From Camelus ferus (taxonomy: Eukaryota), in NCBI RefSeq assembly GCF_009834535.1, contig NC_045696.1:54934001-54998000 (forward strand): DNA of 64,000 nt, written 5' to 3'. This document shows positions 26,021-38,400 of the stretch, piece after piece. A program made the translations under genes and the position numbers. Below the pieces are notes generated by a model. The model was not told the origin of the DNA, made no database searches, and was given only the letters and a program-made list of their open reading frames with translations. The stretch's first letter is position 1. The number at the start of each line of letters is the position of its first letter.

Positions 26021-26548
26021 TGATTTACAGCCAGTTCAGCATTCCTTTAAATGGCCATAAATTGGATTGATGTCATAAATCATAGCTAGAGAAAGTGCCT
26101 GAGTCCCAGCTCAGGCAGCTATGCTAATGTCTGTGAAAATAACAAAGAAACATCCTCAATCAGCCCCAACTCTACCGCATTAAAAGGCCAAATTGTAAGA
26201 AGCTGTCAGTTACTGAGGGGAAAGGTAAAAGGGGGAGAGAGGTCTTTGTAGGGATTATTAATAACACAGCCAGGAAGGCTGTATAGATGTGTGCCAGTGA
26301 GAATAAACAGGGGGGAGAAGAGGGGCCGCTGAAAGAGTGATAAAAGAGAGTGCTGTATATGGAAAAGATAAATGCAAATGAAATATACTGTATGGCAATG
26401 GATTATATCAGCGGTTGATATATGGGATGGAGTATCAAATTGTTGAGCTGGCAGCCATTAATATGATATAGTGGATGTGATATGCTGGGTGACGGCAGTC
26501 CTGGTGCAGGGAAAATAAAGAACACACTGCAGTCTTTCCAAACAATGG
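26021..26548. promoter_or_regulatory. Candidate enhancer: PBX-HOX/MEIS cluster with GATA, octamer and SOX motifs
   Basis: TGATTTAC 26021-26028; CCATAAA 26055-26061; GTCATAAATCA 26072-26082 (TGATTTATGAC on minus); CTGTCA 26203-26208; AGATAA 26366-26371; ATGCAAAT 26372-26379; AACAATGG 26541-26548. All lie in apparently repeat-free DNA. Function is inferred only. Confidence 0.4.
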
Positions 26549-27679
26549 CTCAAAGAAAAGACAGAAAATTATAGCACTACAAGTTTATAAAACTAAAATC
26601 GTGTGAGATAATTATGGATTCTGATAGGGTTCATTATTCTTTATCTATCAGCTCTCCAATCTTGAAAGGAAGAAAGGGGCTTCTAACTGACGACTATCTG
26701 TTCTGCTCCACAGGGTGCATCAGGACAGGAGGTTTTCCATTCCATTCAGGAAAGCAAAAGTGACCTCAGTGTTTTCTCTGGGGAATGCTCTTCTCCATGA
26801 CATTTTAGCCAAAAAGGTTGGCGTCCCAAGGCTTCCTCAATAGAATTGCTTTGAGTGGGCACTCATCTCCAGAATTCCTAGGAATTTAGTTCACTCCCAG
26901 AAATTGTCTGCTACTCTGATTCATTTATTGATTCCTTCATCAAACCTTTATTGAGAACATACTATGTGCCAAGCACAGTACTGAGGTTTCAGAAATTAAT
27001 GTAAGGAAGGCTTTGAAATAGTTACCTATTTTTTGTTATCTATTCCTTGACCTTTGCATTTGGATAGTTTTGCTCACACCACATGCTGCAGCTGGTCGGT
27101 ATATAAAAAACAGGCACAAGGTAGAATGTTTAGTCAGATGTTTCCAAACCCACCGCTTTCCAGGTCCACTGCTGGTGCTCAGCCTGCTGGCCCTTGGGTC
27201 CTGACTTTGCCCTGGCATGCATCACCTGCTGTTGGCACTGAAGTTTTCACAATTGGTTAGACTTCTCTGTTGGACTCACTGAACCTGAGATTCCCACTCA
27301 GCTTTTGGCTTTGCTCACTGCAGCAGTTATGGCATCTCCTCTAGCTTAAGGCTAGTGTGAGAGAAATCCTCATCCGAGCACTCCCACCCACTCCTACCCC
27401 ATCTCGACCACCACCACATAAAGCCCCCTGCCAGCATTACTGTAGCCACCCAGGCTCCATGCCACCAGGAAATGAGTTTTCTGACACTTCCTTAGATTTT
27501 TTTGATAACCCCCTGACCCATAGTTCCTCCTTTTTCTGTGTGCCCCCATTTCCATCCTTGGGTTTTCCTCCCATCTCATCCACTCCTCCGAGGACACAGT
27601 TGACCCCATTGGCCAATCCCTGAATCCTGTCTCCTCTTCCTCTCTCTTGAGCTCCAGTTCCAATTGCCCTGCTGAATTG

Positions 27680-28090
27680 TCCACTGAACAGGCTCAACTC
27701 CACATCCCACATGCATTTCAAGTTTAGGAGGGAAAAGCCTACTCTTCCTAATGTGTTCTCTGTCTCTGTTCATAGCATGATCATTTTCCTAGTCACTCAA
27801 AACATCTGAGGCATCCTTAATCCCCATCCCCTTCTTTCTGACCAGTCTCCCTACCTAGTCAGTTAGAAAAGTTCTGCCAGTCCTACCTAAGAAATGACTC
27901 TGAAATCTATTCCTCAGTCTATATCCTGACGGACGCTGCTTGAGTTCAAGCCCTTTCATCATGGTACTGGCTACTAAAAGAACTCTCCACTCCCAGTTTT
28001 TCTCATTCCAGTAGATTCCATCCGCTCACTGCTAACTAAACATATATCTGATAAGACCTTCCTCTGCTTGAAAACTTCCCATTTATTGCA
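27680..28090 (+). mobile_element. L2 fragment
   Basis: 'tccactgaacaggctcaactccacatcc', 'catgatcattttcctagtcactcaa', 'cctctgcttgaaaacttccca'. Confidence 0.6.
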
Positions 28091-29877
28091 CTACAAAGAA
28101 TAATATTTAATAGATACATATAGAAATGTTTACTGGTCCAAAACTGAAAAATCATGTTACTTAGCCAGAATTCAATATGGCACTCATGTGCTTTCTAATT
28201 TTATCTCAAGTTCATGACCCCAACACATCATGCATTGTTCTCACCAGCATGGAATATTTGCCAATCTTGAGCATATTTTATGGTGTCTGCCAGGTCAGTG
28301 AAGGCAGCTCACAAAAGAGATGGACTTCCCTGAGGGATTCCCAAACAACTCTATTATTCTCCATATCTGCAACTCTGTCCATGTCCCCCATAAGATCCTG
28401 AAATTTCCCTAGCATCTGCAAAAAGAGGACACGTGCTTTTGCCACAGTCCTTTGGCATTCTTCTGTCTGCTGACAATCTCAGAGTTATCAGTAAGTATGC
28501 CTTTCATATTCCAGTTTGGACACTGATCAGACTGAGAAGTTTCATATTTCAGTTGTTTCCAAACACAAGTCTACAAAGGAATCACTGTCAAACTTCCTAA
28601 AACACAGAGTCCATGACACACTCCTAGAAATTATAATTTGGAGATCTGGAGTGGAGTCCAATAATCTGTATTTTAAACAAGATCTCTCCCAGATAATCCG
28701 GAGGCTCAGCCCAGTGTGGATATCAATGGTTTCAATACGCTGGACGGCTGAGAGGACTAGGATGAATCACAGGACCAGTTTAATTAGCTGGCTTTCCCAC
28801 TGGAACAGAACAATTCAGAACAACAAAAAAGTTGGCTAGGGATGGGAGTAGTGATGATGAGGGGATAAAGAAGAAAACTGAAGCCACCAAAATTCTTTCC
28901 AAATCCCAGAGATGATACCATTTTATTCTGAGGCTGATGAATAAAAGATGGCCTCTCCCATCTAGCTTTATGATATGGAAACATTATTAATAAAGGCATT
29001 TGTAAAAGTGCCACAGGGTTGGTAAAGTATCTTGACGATGGTTCTTAAATTCTAAAATATGAGCACCAGGCCTCTCTGTGTTTAGTCTTACACAAGTGTG
29101 AGAGGCACTAACCCATGCACCAGACATTTCCAAACAGTCTTATTTCCCTTTCTCACAAATTAAGCTAATGTTGTTTAAAACGAGTGCAAAACCCACTTCC
29201 TATTTCACAGTTTTCCTGCTTTTAAATAGTATCAGTTCTAACCATCTACCAAACCCCACTGTGTATTCAAACTTGGCAGCTGGTTAAGCTGGCAGTAGGG
29301 CCTGCTGTCATGGTGGCTTTTCATGGCAGCCACAGCACTGCTGTGTGTCCAGGCTGTCAAGAGAGGCTGGAAGAATAAACAGTGCCTGGTGGCCTGCGAA
29401 CAGCATGGACTCATATTTCACCTTCTTCCATTGGTTGATTTGGTAAGTGCCCACTCTTGAAATTGCTTTGGATGCCACTGAGAGCTCCCAGTCTCAGTGA
29501 TTTTTAACATTCATAAGTAGACTTTTCTGTAACTGATTTAATGCTTATGATTCTGTCATTTCCGGCTGGCTGGCTTTTGTCAAGACGTTTCTGGGAATAA
29601 GTTTCCTTATTGGTAAAATAATAATAACCCTTTATCTCTGCCCCTTGCTTAAGATGGTTAGAGGATCAAAGGATGGGTGTGTGGATCCGAGAGAGTGAGT
29701 TGTGAGGTGTGCTGGGAAGTGGCCAACGCGGCCTTGGAGGAAGGAGGTGCAGGGGGGCTCTATAAGACATGATGAAACCTCAGGCAAGAAGGAAGAGGGT
29801 AGAGCAAGAGGAGACCTGTGAGAACTCAGCCACACGGAAACTGGAAGTGACAGAAGCAATGGCAGAAAGAAGAAGGG

Positions 29878-29905
29878 AAAAAAAAAAAAAAAAAAAAAAA
29901 AAAAA
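29878..29905 (+). repeat. Poly(A)28 tract
   Basis: Uninterrupted run of A. Confidence 0.95.
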
Positions 29906-31189
29906 GCAGGAGCAGAGAATGTTAAGCCCAGAATTTTTCTTTCTCTACCTCAGTTCAGAGTCACCATCAGTGTCAGACAATGGAGACAGAAAATGAGGAT
30001 ACAGAAAAAGATGGATGGATTGTGATGAGAAAAGGGTCAACAAAGAAAAAAATTGGGAAAGTGAAATAGGAAAAGTATGATCACTTTCTGGATGTTGGCC
30101 ATTTGGGCAACAGGAAGAAATAAGGCAAAAGAAAAGAAAAACTCTCCCACTCTAGGAATTAGAAATATGCCTTCAAAAAAAACCCCCATTTTTTTCAACC
30201 CAAATACCTTAGCCTCACCAGCCTGGAGCTGTAACATTAAATATGCAGTTTTGAGGTTTGACTCCTCAGACTCTATGACTTTGCAAAGTCCTGTCTTTTA
30301 CTGGTTTTTCCTTCCAAAATGACACTGGGGAGTGTGACGATGGACCACAAACCTGGCCTGGCTGCTGCCCACCACTCCGGCAGCTGCCTGGCTTCGTCCC
30401 CTGCTCCCCTCAACCCCAGGCCTCTGATCCCGCTGCAGTCAGTCCCCACCTTCCTATTCAGAGGGTCTTCCCTCTGGTGGCTGCCAGCTCAGTACCCCCT
30501 ACAACCTCAGTATCTTCCCTCCCGCTTTTGCCCTACCTTCCCACAGTGAGAGCAGAGAAAATCTGCCATTTTTAAGAAAATTTTACAGATGGTTTGGGGA
30601 TAATGAGAGAAACACAACATGAAGAATAACTCAGATCTCCTACTAGCTGTATGTACATGCTGAGTGCACAGGCCGACACCTACCCTTCTGGTTCTTAAAT
30701 GTTCAGGGCCATGGCTTACCTTCCTCAAGGCAGTAGCCAACATACCCCCTTACCCAGATCAAGAGAGTTTCAGGCATCTCGGTGCCCTAGCACCCGACTG
30801 TCGAAAGACCGCAAGAAAGTGGAAATCGGTTCCACGACTGTCAATCTCCGGCCCTCCTCCTGAGTGTTCATTCCCTGCCCCAGGACTGATCTCACAACGG
30901 GAAGATTCCCTTCAGGGGAAACTCTGTCCTGCTCATTGGGTGTTATCTTAGCAGTTTGACCCAAGTGATATCAATATACTGTGTTTCACAAACTTTTAAT
31001 AACTTCAAGGGTAGGTAACGACTACAAAGCAGACCAGACCAAAGACATACACATCCCCACAAACACAAGCACATCATGTGCACATCATGTGTCTTATGGG
31101 GCCTTGTCTTTCCCAGCCTTTGCCTACTCCCTAGTGGTGCCCCCTGCCAATTCCACTGCTGAGTATTGACAATGTATGGACTTGAGACA

Positions 31190-32100
31190 CACCCACCATA
31201 TCATCCAGTTTTCCTCTGATATCTCCAGAAAAATTTTAAATGCACCCTCTTGTCTTGTCAAAGGTTTCCTAATCTGGAATAATAACTTATATAGTCACCC
31301 TGATTGGAGAGAGATTAACCTTCACAGTGAAACAAGGCATATTAATAAAGGTCCTTATCACCACTTCCCTGAACTACTGTACAGACTTCTTCCCTGCAAT
31401 CTCAGCCTGCATATTAGCTGCCATTCATTTATTTAACAAGTATCACTAAGCACTTGCTGGCTACATGCGTGAATTGTTCTCGACACGGGGTATATAACAA
31501 TAAAACAAACAAGCTTGCTCTTTCCACAAAATATACATTCTAATAGACCCCCAAACACACTTTTTTAAAGACAAGTCTGACCATGACTCTTTCCTACGGA
31601 AAGTTTTTTCAAAGCCCTATTGTTGGCATATACAAGTGCAAACTCCTTAGCCTGACTCCAAAGTGTACCCCACCCCCAATCCCTAGGTTTTTCTCTGACT
31701 TTGTCTCTTACAGTATCTCCCATTTCACCAACAATATCCTATAACCGCCATATCCTTTTACACTGCAGCCATTTGTGTGTGCTCAGAACACCCATGCTCA
31801 CTTGGCCTCTTTTGGAATCCCTTACTTATCTGTCAAGTGTCAATTTGATGTCATTAAATTTCTACAGTTTTCCCTCAGCCTTGAAGGCAGAATTAATCAC
31901 TCCCTTATCTGTGAGCCCAAAGTAGTTTATAAACACATTTGTCTTAGCACATATCACATCATGCCTTGGTTAATATGTTTATAGGTCTTTCTCTCCCACT
32001 GGACTGCTGAGTTCCTCAAAGGCAGGTACCAAACCATATTCATCCCTCAGTTACCTATGGCAAGAATGTCCAAGTTGCTCAGTAAATATACGTTGAATTT
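31190..32100 (+). mobile_element. L2 fragment including its 3' end, with a short antisense L2 piece inserted (~31425-31545)
   Basis: 'tctctcccactggactgctgagttcctcaaaggcagg...gctcagtaaatatacgttgaat'. The insert starts 'cattcatttatttaacaagtat'. Confidence 0.7.
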
Positions 32101-32989
32101 CACTAAAAATTTTAGGATATGTTTAAATATTAGATTTTTGTAAGAATTTTTGATAAGGGGCTGTCAAGAATATCAGAGGATATGATAAAAAAATGTGCAG
32201 TGGTTTTCATAGAGGGCTGGAAAAAATCTAAAAGTTTAGTGAATGTAGTGTAAATAACAGAAAGGACAAAGATAAAAAGAATATTATGTTTATATCAAAA
32301 ATAAACGTTTAAGTTATGAAAGAAAGAAATTTTTTCTAGTCCTTTAAGGCCCCACCTTGGGGTGGAATTGTGTAAAATCTGAAATATGCCTGGACATTAT
32401 ATGTCAACTATGAAACTCACCTTCTAAGGATGGGTGAGGAAAATAAATTAAAATGCCAAGGGAAACACTGCAAGGTTATCCAGCCAGTCCCCTCCAACAA
32501 GTAAAACTGAATAAAGATACAACATGGAGTTCTCCACCCAGATGATGGACTGAACACGTAATGTTACCTTCCTTCCTAGAAAAATCTCATCAAATGGGAA
32601 TTAAAAAATACCAAAAAAAAAAAAAAAAAAGAAGAACAAGAAGAAAAATTCATAACATTGATGGAAAAGAAGAATGAGTGTACTTGTTGGATTTGAAAGT
32701 TCAAAGACTATCTGAAAGACACAATGTAATTTGAATCTGTATGGCCAAGTAAAGAATGGCAGCAGAGATGGATGTTGTTTCTCCCTGGAGCCCAGAGGAA
32801 ATCTGCAGAAGAACCACCTACAGGCTGGGCAAAGATTTCTTCACTAATCTTCTCTTGGCTACAGCACTAGACACCCAGCTTTATTTTTAATATTAAAAGG
32901 AGGGGGTAGAATCCAGAAAGAAAAGAAAAACAGAGCTCAAAATAACTTTGGAACTCCCACATAGATAAATAAAAAAAAAAAGAGTGGAC

Positions 32990-33110
32990 TAATGATATAA
33001 TATGAAAATGAATATATGTATATATATGCATGACTGGGACATTATGCTGTGCGTCAGAAATCGACACATTATAACTGACTATACTTTAATAAAGTTTTTA
33101 AAAAATAAAG
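32990..33110 (+). mobile_element. Very short L1 3' end
   Basis: 'aatatgaaaatgaatatatgtatatatatgcatgactgggacattatgctgtgcgtcagaaatcgacacattataactgactatactttaat'. Confidence 0.85.
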
Positions 33111-33608
33111 ACATGAAAGGAAAAAAATGAGCAAATAGTATTGTTTTGTATGTCTTAAATTGTATATGTGTAGATGAATATTCTCTCCACCTCCACCCAC
33201 AGCTTATGTTTTTTGTTCTAAATACCCATTTTGATATAGCATATTTCAGACAACCATCCCACTAGATCTCAATCTCGATCAAGGTGTGTGCCTCTGATAC
33301 ATCATAAAATTTTTGTAAGTTGGCATTATATACTTAAAATATTTATAACAATGTCTTGTTAACAATGCTACCACTCAGTAAAGGTTAATTATTCTTCTTA
33401 TTTTCACCATCACTGTCATTTATTCGTATGAACATACCACAATTTATATACCCTTTCCCCTTTAGATGAGGTTTTAAATAGTAGCCAATATTTACTTGTG
33501 AAAAAAAATTGTGGTAATGGACATACTTGTACATATTTCCTTGTATCTCTCTGTGAGAATATCTCATACCTGGCTGTGTTTCATTGGGCTGAAGGATGTG
33601 ACGGATCA

Positions 33609-34570
33609 CTGTAGTAATGATGCTCAGCGAATCATGCCTCTGTGTATCCAGGCCCTGGTATTGTGTCCTCCCATGTTGATTCTAGGTTTGTCTTTGTGAC
33701 TTCTTTGGCCAATAATACGTTGTTGGTGATAATTCTCTATGACTCTCTCACATTTCTTCACATCTTATAAGCAAGGCACTAATTGGCCTTTTATTCCACA
33801 CTATCTTCTCAAGGATGTTTGGATAGCACAAGGCCTTACAAGATAAAGGCAGGGTCTCCCTACAGAGCAAAGGACAGATTTACCTAACATCCTGTATTGT
33901 AAAGACAATGTCTTCTAGGGCAAAAGGTAGATTTTCTCACAGCTGGTTATAAAAGATTGAGGTTCTATAAGCTCAGGGTCCCTCAGCTGTGACTGGAGCC
34001 CACGCCTGTGAAGCATCTACCTCTGTGCCACTCTCATACGACTTGGGAGGTAAAAAGAACAGATGTGAACATGATGCTCATGCTGCTTGCTGAGCTCTGA
34101 GTAACAAAATTCTTTGTCTCTGGACCAATAGACTTGTATCTTCTGACAGCTTCCAGAAAACTACAGCAGGCTAATTTGTCAGCTTGCAAGTAAGAGGAAA
34201 ATCTCATATCCTTCACATTCTTCACAATAGCAAATGTGATAAAGGGAGATTAAAAATGTGATAAAAAGAGACGATTAAAATCTGCTTGCACATTAGGGGT
34301 TTCCCTCTCTTGCTGCTGGGAACTCTTTTGACATCCTGTGAAAAAACACATGCTATTCTCCTGGAAGATGACAAAGAGCTTGAGGAGAGAAGTCCACACA
34401 CCCCCGTCAAAGCCTAAACCTTTAAATGAGTCAGATGGCATTATGAGAAAGCAGGTATGAACCGTCCCAGCCCAAGTTGCTGGCTGAAAGATTCATGAGC
34501 AATAAGTGGTTGTCTCACACCATGAATTTTGGAGATGGTTAGTCATACAGCAAAAGGTTACTTTAGAACA
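33609..34570 (+). mobile_element. MaLR LTR (MLT1F/G-like) split by a nested LTR
   Basis: MLT1 text 'gtgacttctttggccaat...' breaks at 33720 and resumes at 34226 'atagcaaatgtga...gcttgcacattagggg'. It ends near 'catacagcaaaaggttact'. Confidence 0.7.
33721..34226 (+). mobile_element. ERVL-class solo LTR (MER76-like, tentative) nested in MLT1
   Basis: Starts 'tgttggtgataattctctatgactctctcacatttc' and ends 'ccttcacattcttcaca' (TG...CA). Confidence 0.7.
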
Positions 34571-35429
34571 ATTATGAATACAAGGTACCTAGATAATTGA
34601 ACCTAATGCACACCAGATATGGATACAGGTCTGGAGATATAGCAATGAACAAAATTAAGATATACATCAGTGGATACAATCAGCATCAGCTTCATTTGAT
34701 ACAGGAAAATTGATCCACACATTCTTTGTACCAATATTCACTTGAAGCAATTCACTTGAAGAAATGCATGAATATTTCCATTTACCATATTCTTACCAAC
34801 AGTTGTTATTTAGGACTTATTTTTTCCAATCTGATAAATGTGAAATTGTGTATCATTGTGGTTTTAATTTTCATTTTCCCTGATTACTAGTGGTTTGTCT
34901 TTATATTTTATTTTCCACTTGGGATTCCTATTCAGTGAATTTCCGGCTCATGCCCTTTACCCATCTTGCTATCGTGTTGCCTATCATCCATCTATCTATC
35001 TATCATCTATCTTTTTATTTATTTATTTATTGTGCTTTAAGTATACAAACATCAATCCTTTATCAGTTAAGTAGGCTGCAAATATCATCTCCCAGTCTGA
35101 GGTTTGCCTTTAAAACGATATGGTTTTTTCCTCTCTCTGAATCAAAACAGTTTTTAAATATTTCTTCAGTTTTGTAATATATCTTAAAATCTTGTGGGGA
35201 CAAGTCCTCCTTCTGGATTCTCATTCAATTTTCTTGGCTAATCCAGTTTCCCTTTTTTCTTCCATTATATTTACCCCATATATGTGCATCTTGTCAGGTT
35301 CCACAAAGATCACTGTAGTGTTGACTTTTACATTTTAATTACTTTCATAATGTTCAGTTATCCTCCCTGTATCTATAGAATGTGTACTAGCTCTTTTTTG
35401 TTGTTGTTGTTAATGTACTAGCTCTCTTA

Positions 35430-38400
35430 TTATTGATATTGGTATATTATTTTTCCTCTCTGTTTTCTGACCTATCTAGTTAGAGAATTATGAATTTAGT
35501 TGATATTCTTTGAGAACCCACTTGTGGTTTCCCCAATTTCCTCTACTGTTTTATTTGTTTGGTATTCCATTGGTTTCTGCTTTTATTGATTTTCTTTGTA
35601 ATGATTACTTTTGGTTTAAACTGATCTGTTTTCTTAAGGTGGAAGCATAAATCATTGATTATAGATCTACTGACCCTAAATGTTAAATATTATAAAAGTT
35701 CCCTTCAAGTTCTGCATTTTAAAATATTTCCGTAATGTGTTTTCACTCTCCTTAACTATTTTCTAATTTCTATCATAATATTTTTTGACCTGTGGATTAT
35801 TTAGAAGTGTTGAATTTTAAATACTAAGGCATTTCCAGATATCTTTCTGTAATTGATTTCTAATTTAATTCCTTTGTGGTCAGAGAAAATAACTTGTGTT
35901 ATCTGAAGTCTTTTAATTTTATTGGTATTTGTTTTTTGGAGTAGGATGTGATGTATCTTACTAAATGTTTTGGGTACATTTAAAAAGAATGCTGTTGGGT
36001 GTTGTTAGGCAGACTGCTTTATACATGTAAATGAAGTCAAAGTGGTTAATTCGCACTGCTCATGTATTTTATAGCCTTACTAATTTTCTATTATTCTGTC
36101 AGTTAGTGGGGGGTAGAAGTATTATTAAAATTTCCACCTATGATTGTTGACTTATTTAATTCTTTCAGAGCTACCAGGTTTTGTTTCCTGTAATTTGAAT
36201 CGCAGGTAGTAGAGACCTAAAAATTTAGGATAGTTATCTACTCTTGTTTACTTGACTTCTTGATCATTAAGAAATAACCCACTTTATCCTATGGACATTA
36301 TTTCATTTCACTGTTCCTACCCTTGTACATTGTCATACATTTTACTTTTACCTATGGTAAAGATCTACAATGCATTTTTATTAATTTTCTTTAAAAAGTC
36401 AATCGTCTTTTATGGGAATTTATAAAATAAGAAAAATACATGATATGCTCCAATATATTTACCTTTTCTGATACTTTTCATTATTTTATGTCTGTTCAGG
36501 TTTGGATCAGGCATTATTTTTCTTCTCATTGAGGGATTCTCTGTAACATTGCTTATAGTTATAATAGTTAGTAGTATAGTTCTAGTCAACTGATGATAAT
36601 ACTCTAAACTTCTCTATGTTTACAAATTATTTCATCTTTGTTATGAAAGATATTTTCACTTGGTGCATAATTTCAAATTGACAATTTTTTTCTCTATTAT
36701 AAAGATATTGTTCCACTCTTCTCTGATTTACATTTTTTTTTTACTTTTTTAAATTGAAGTATAGTCAGTTTACAATGTTATGTCAATTTCTGGTGTACAG
36801 CACAATGCTTCAGTCATTTATGCACATACATATATTCATTTTCATATTCTTTTCCACTATAAGCTACTACAAGATATCAAATATAGTTCCCTGTACTATA
36901 CAGTATAAACTTTTTAATCTATTTTATATTATACCAGTCAGTATCTGCAAATCTCGAACTCTCAATTTATTCCTTCCCACTCCCTTCTCTCCTAGTAACC
37001 ATAAGTTTGTTTTCTATGTCTCAATCTGTTTCTGTTTTTTAAATAAGTTCATTTGTCATTTTTTTAGATTCCACATATGAGTGAAATAATACGGTATTTT
37101 TCTTTCTCTTTCTGGCTTACTTTACATAGAATGACATTCTCCAGGGCCATCCATGTTGCTGCAAATGGCATTATTTTATTATTCTTTATGGCCAAGTAGT
37201 ATTCCATTGTATAAATATACCACAACTTCTTTATCCAGTCATCTGTCAATGGACATTTAGGTTGTTTCCATATCTTGTCTATTGTAAATAGTGCCGCTAT
37301 GAACATTGTGGTGCAGGTGTCTTTCTGAATTAGGGTTCCCTCTGGATATATGTCCAGGAGTGGGATTGCTGGATCATATGATAAGTCTATTTTTAGTCTT
37401 TTGAGAAATCTCCATAATGTTTTCCACAATGGCTGCACCAAACTGCATTTCAACCAACAGTGTAGGAGGGTTCCCCTTTCTCCACACCCTCTCCAGCATG
37501 ATTTATATGATTTTTGAGGAGAAATCTGCTGTCATTATTTTTTTTTCTTCTGCGTATAATGGGTCTTTTTCCTACCTCTGTCTTTGAAGATTCTCTGATC
37601 ACTGGTTTATTTCAACTGTGTTATGATGTGCTTTCGTATAGATGTCTTCTGATTGTGGTGCATTGTGCTTCTTGGATCTGTGACTTTAGAATTTTACTTA
37701 TTGTCTTTCTGGGACTCCAATTACAAATATTAGAATGCTTGATGTATTCTCACAGTTCACTGCCCTGCTGCTCTTTTCAAAAACATTCTTCTTTCCCTCT
37801 GTATGTCATTCTGGATAGTTTCTATTGCCATGTCTTTAAGAGCACTGCATTTTTTTTCCCCCACAATGTCTATTCTGCCATTAAACCCATCTAATGTATG
37901 TTTAATCTTACACAGTCTAAATTTTATCTCTAGAAGCTTGATTCGGGCCCTTTTTTTAATCTTCATATCTTCCATGTCTCTGTTTAACAGGCTCATGCTT
38001 TCCTGTTCATATTGAGCAGATGGTATATATTTATATCATGTATTTAATGTTCTTGTCTGCTAAGTCTCCCATGTTTGTTATTTCTGGTTCTATTTCTATG
38101 GATTACTTTTTCTCATCATTATTTTATTTTTCTGCTTCTTTTCATGCCTGGTAATTTTTGATTTGATGCCAGACTCTGTCAAGTTTATAATTTGGATATT
38201 TCTTTTTTTTTTTTGCCATTTCTTTAAATAATTTTGAACTTTGTTCTGTTATGCAGTTATTTGGAAACAATTTGATCTTTTCAAGTATTGTTTTTTAAGA
38301 TTTGTCAGGAGACCTCAGATAGCCTTTGCACCAGGGCTCTGATTGATAAGAACTCTGGTAAGAATAACAACTATCCCTGGCCCTTTGTGAGGATTGTTTC

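Noticed and set aside
27166..27260. Signal-peptide-like stretch PLLVLSLLALGS downstream of a TATA box
   Set aside because: No in-frame ATG, an immediate TGA, and no recognisable mature protein. Probably chance.
29769..29996. ORF with a poly-lysine tract, or a processed pseudogene ending in A28
   Set aside because: The lysines are just the A run. I see no polyadenylation signal, TSD or recognisable mRNA upstream.
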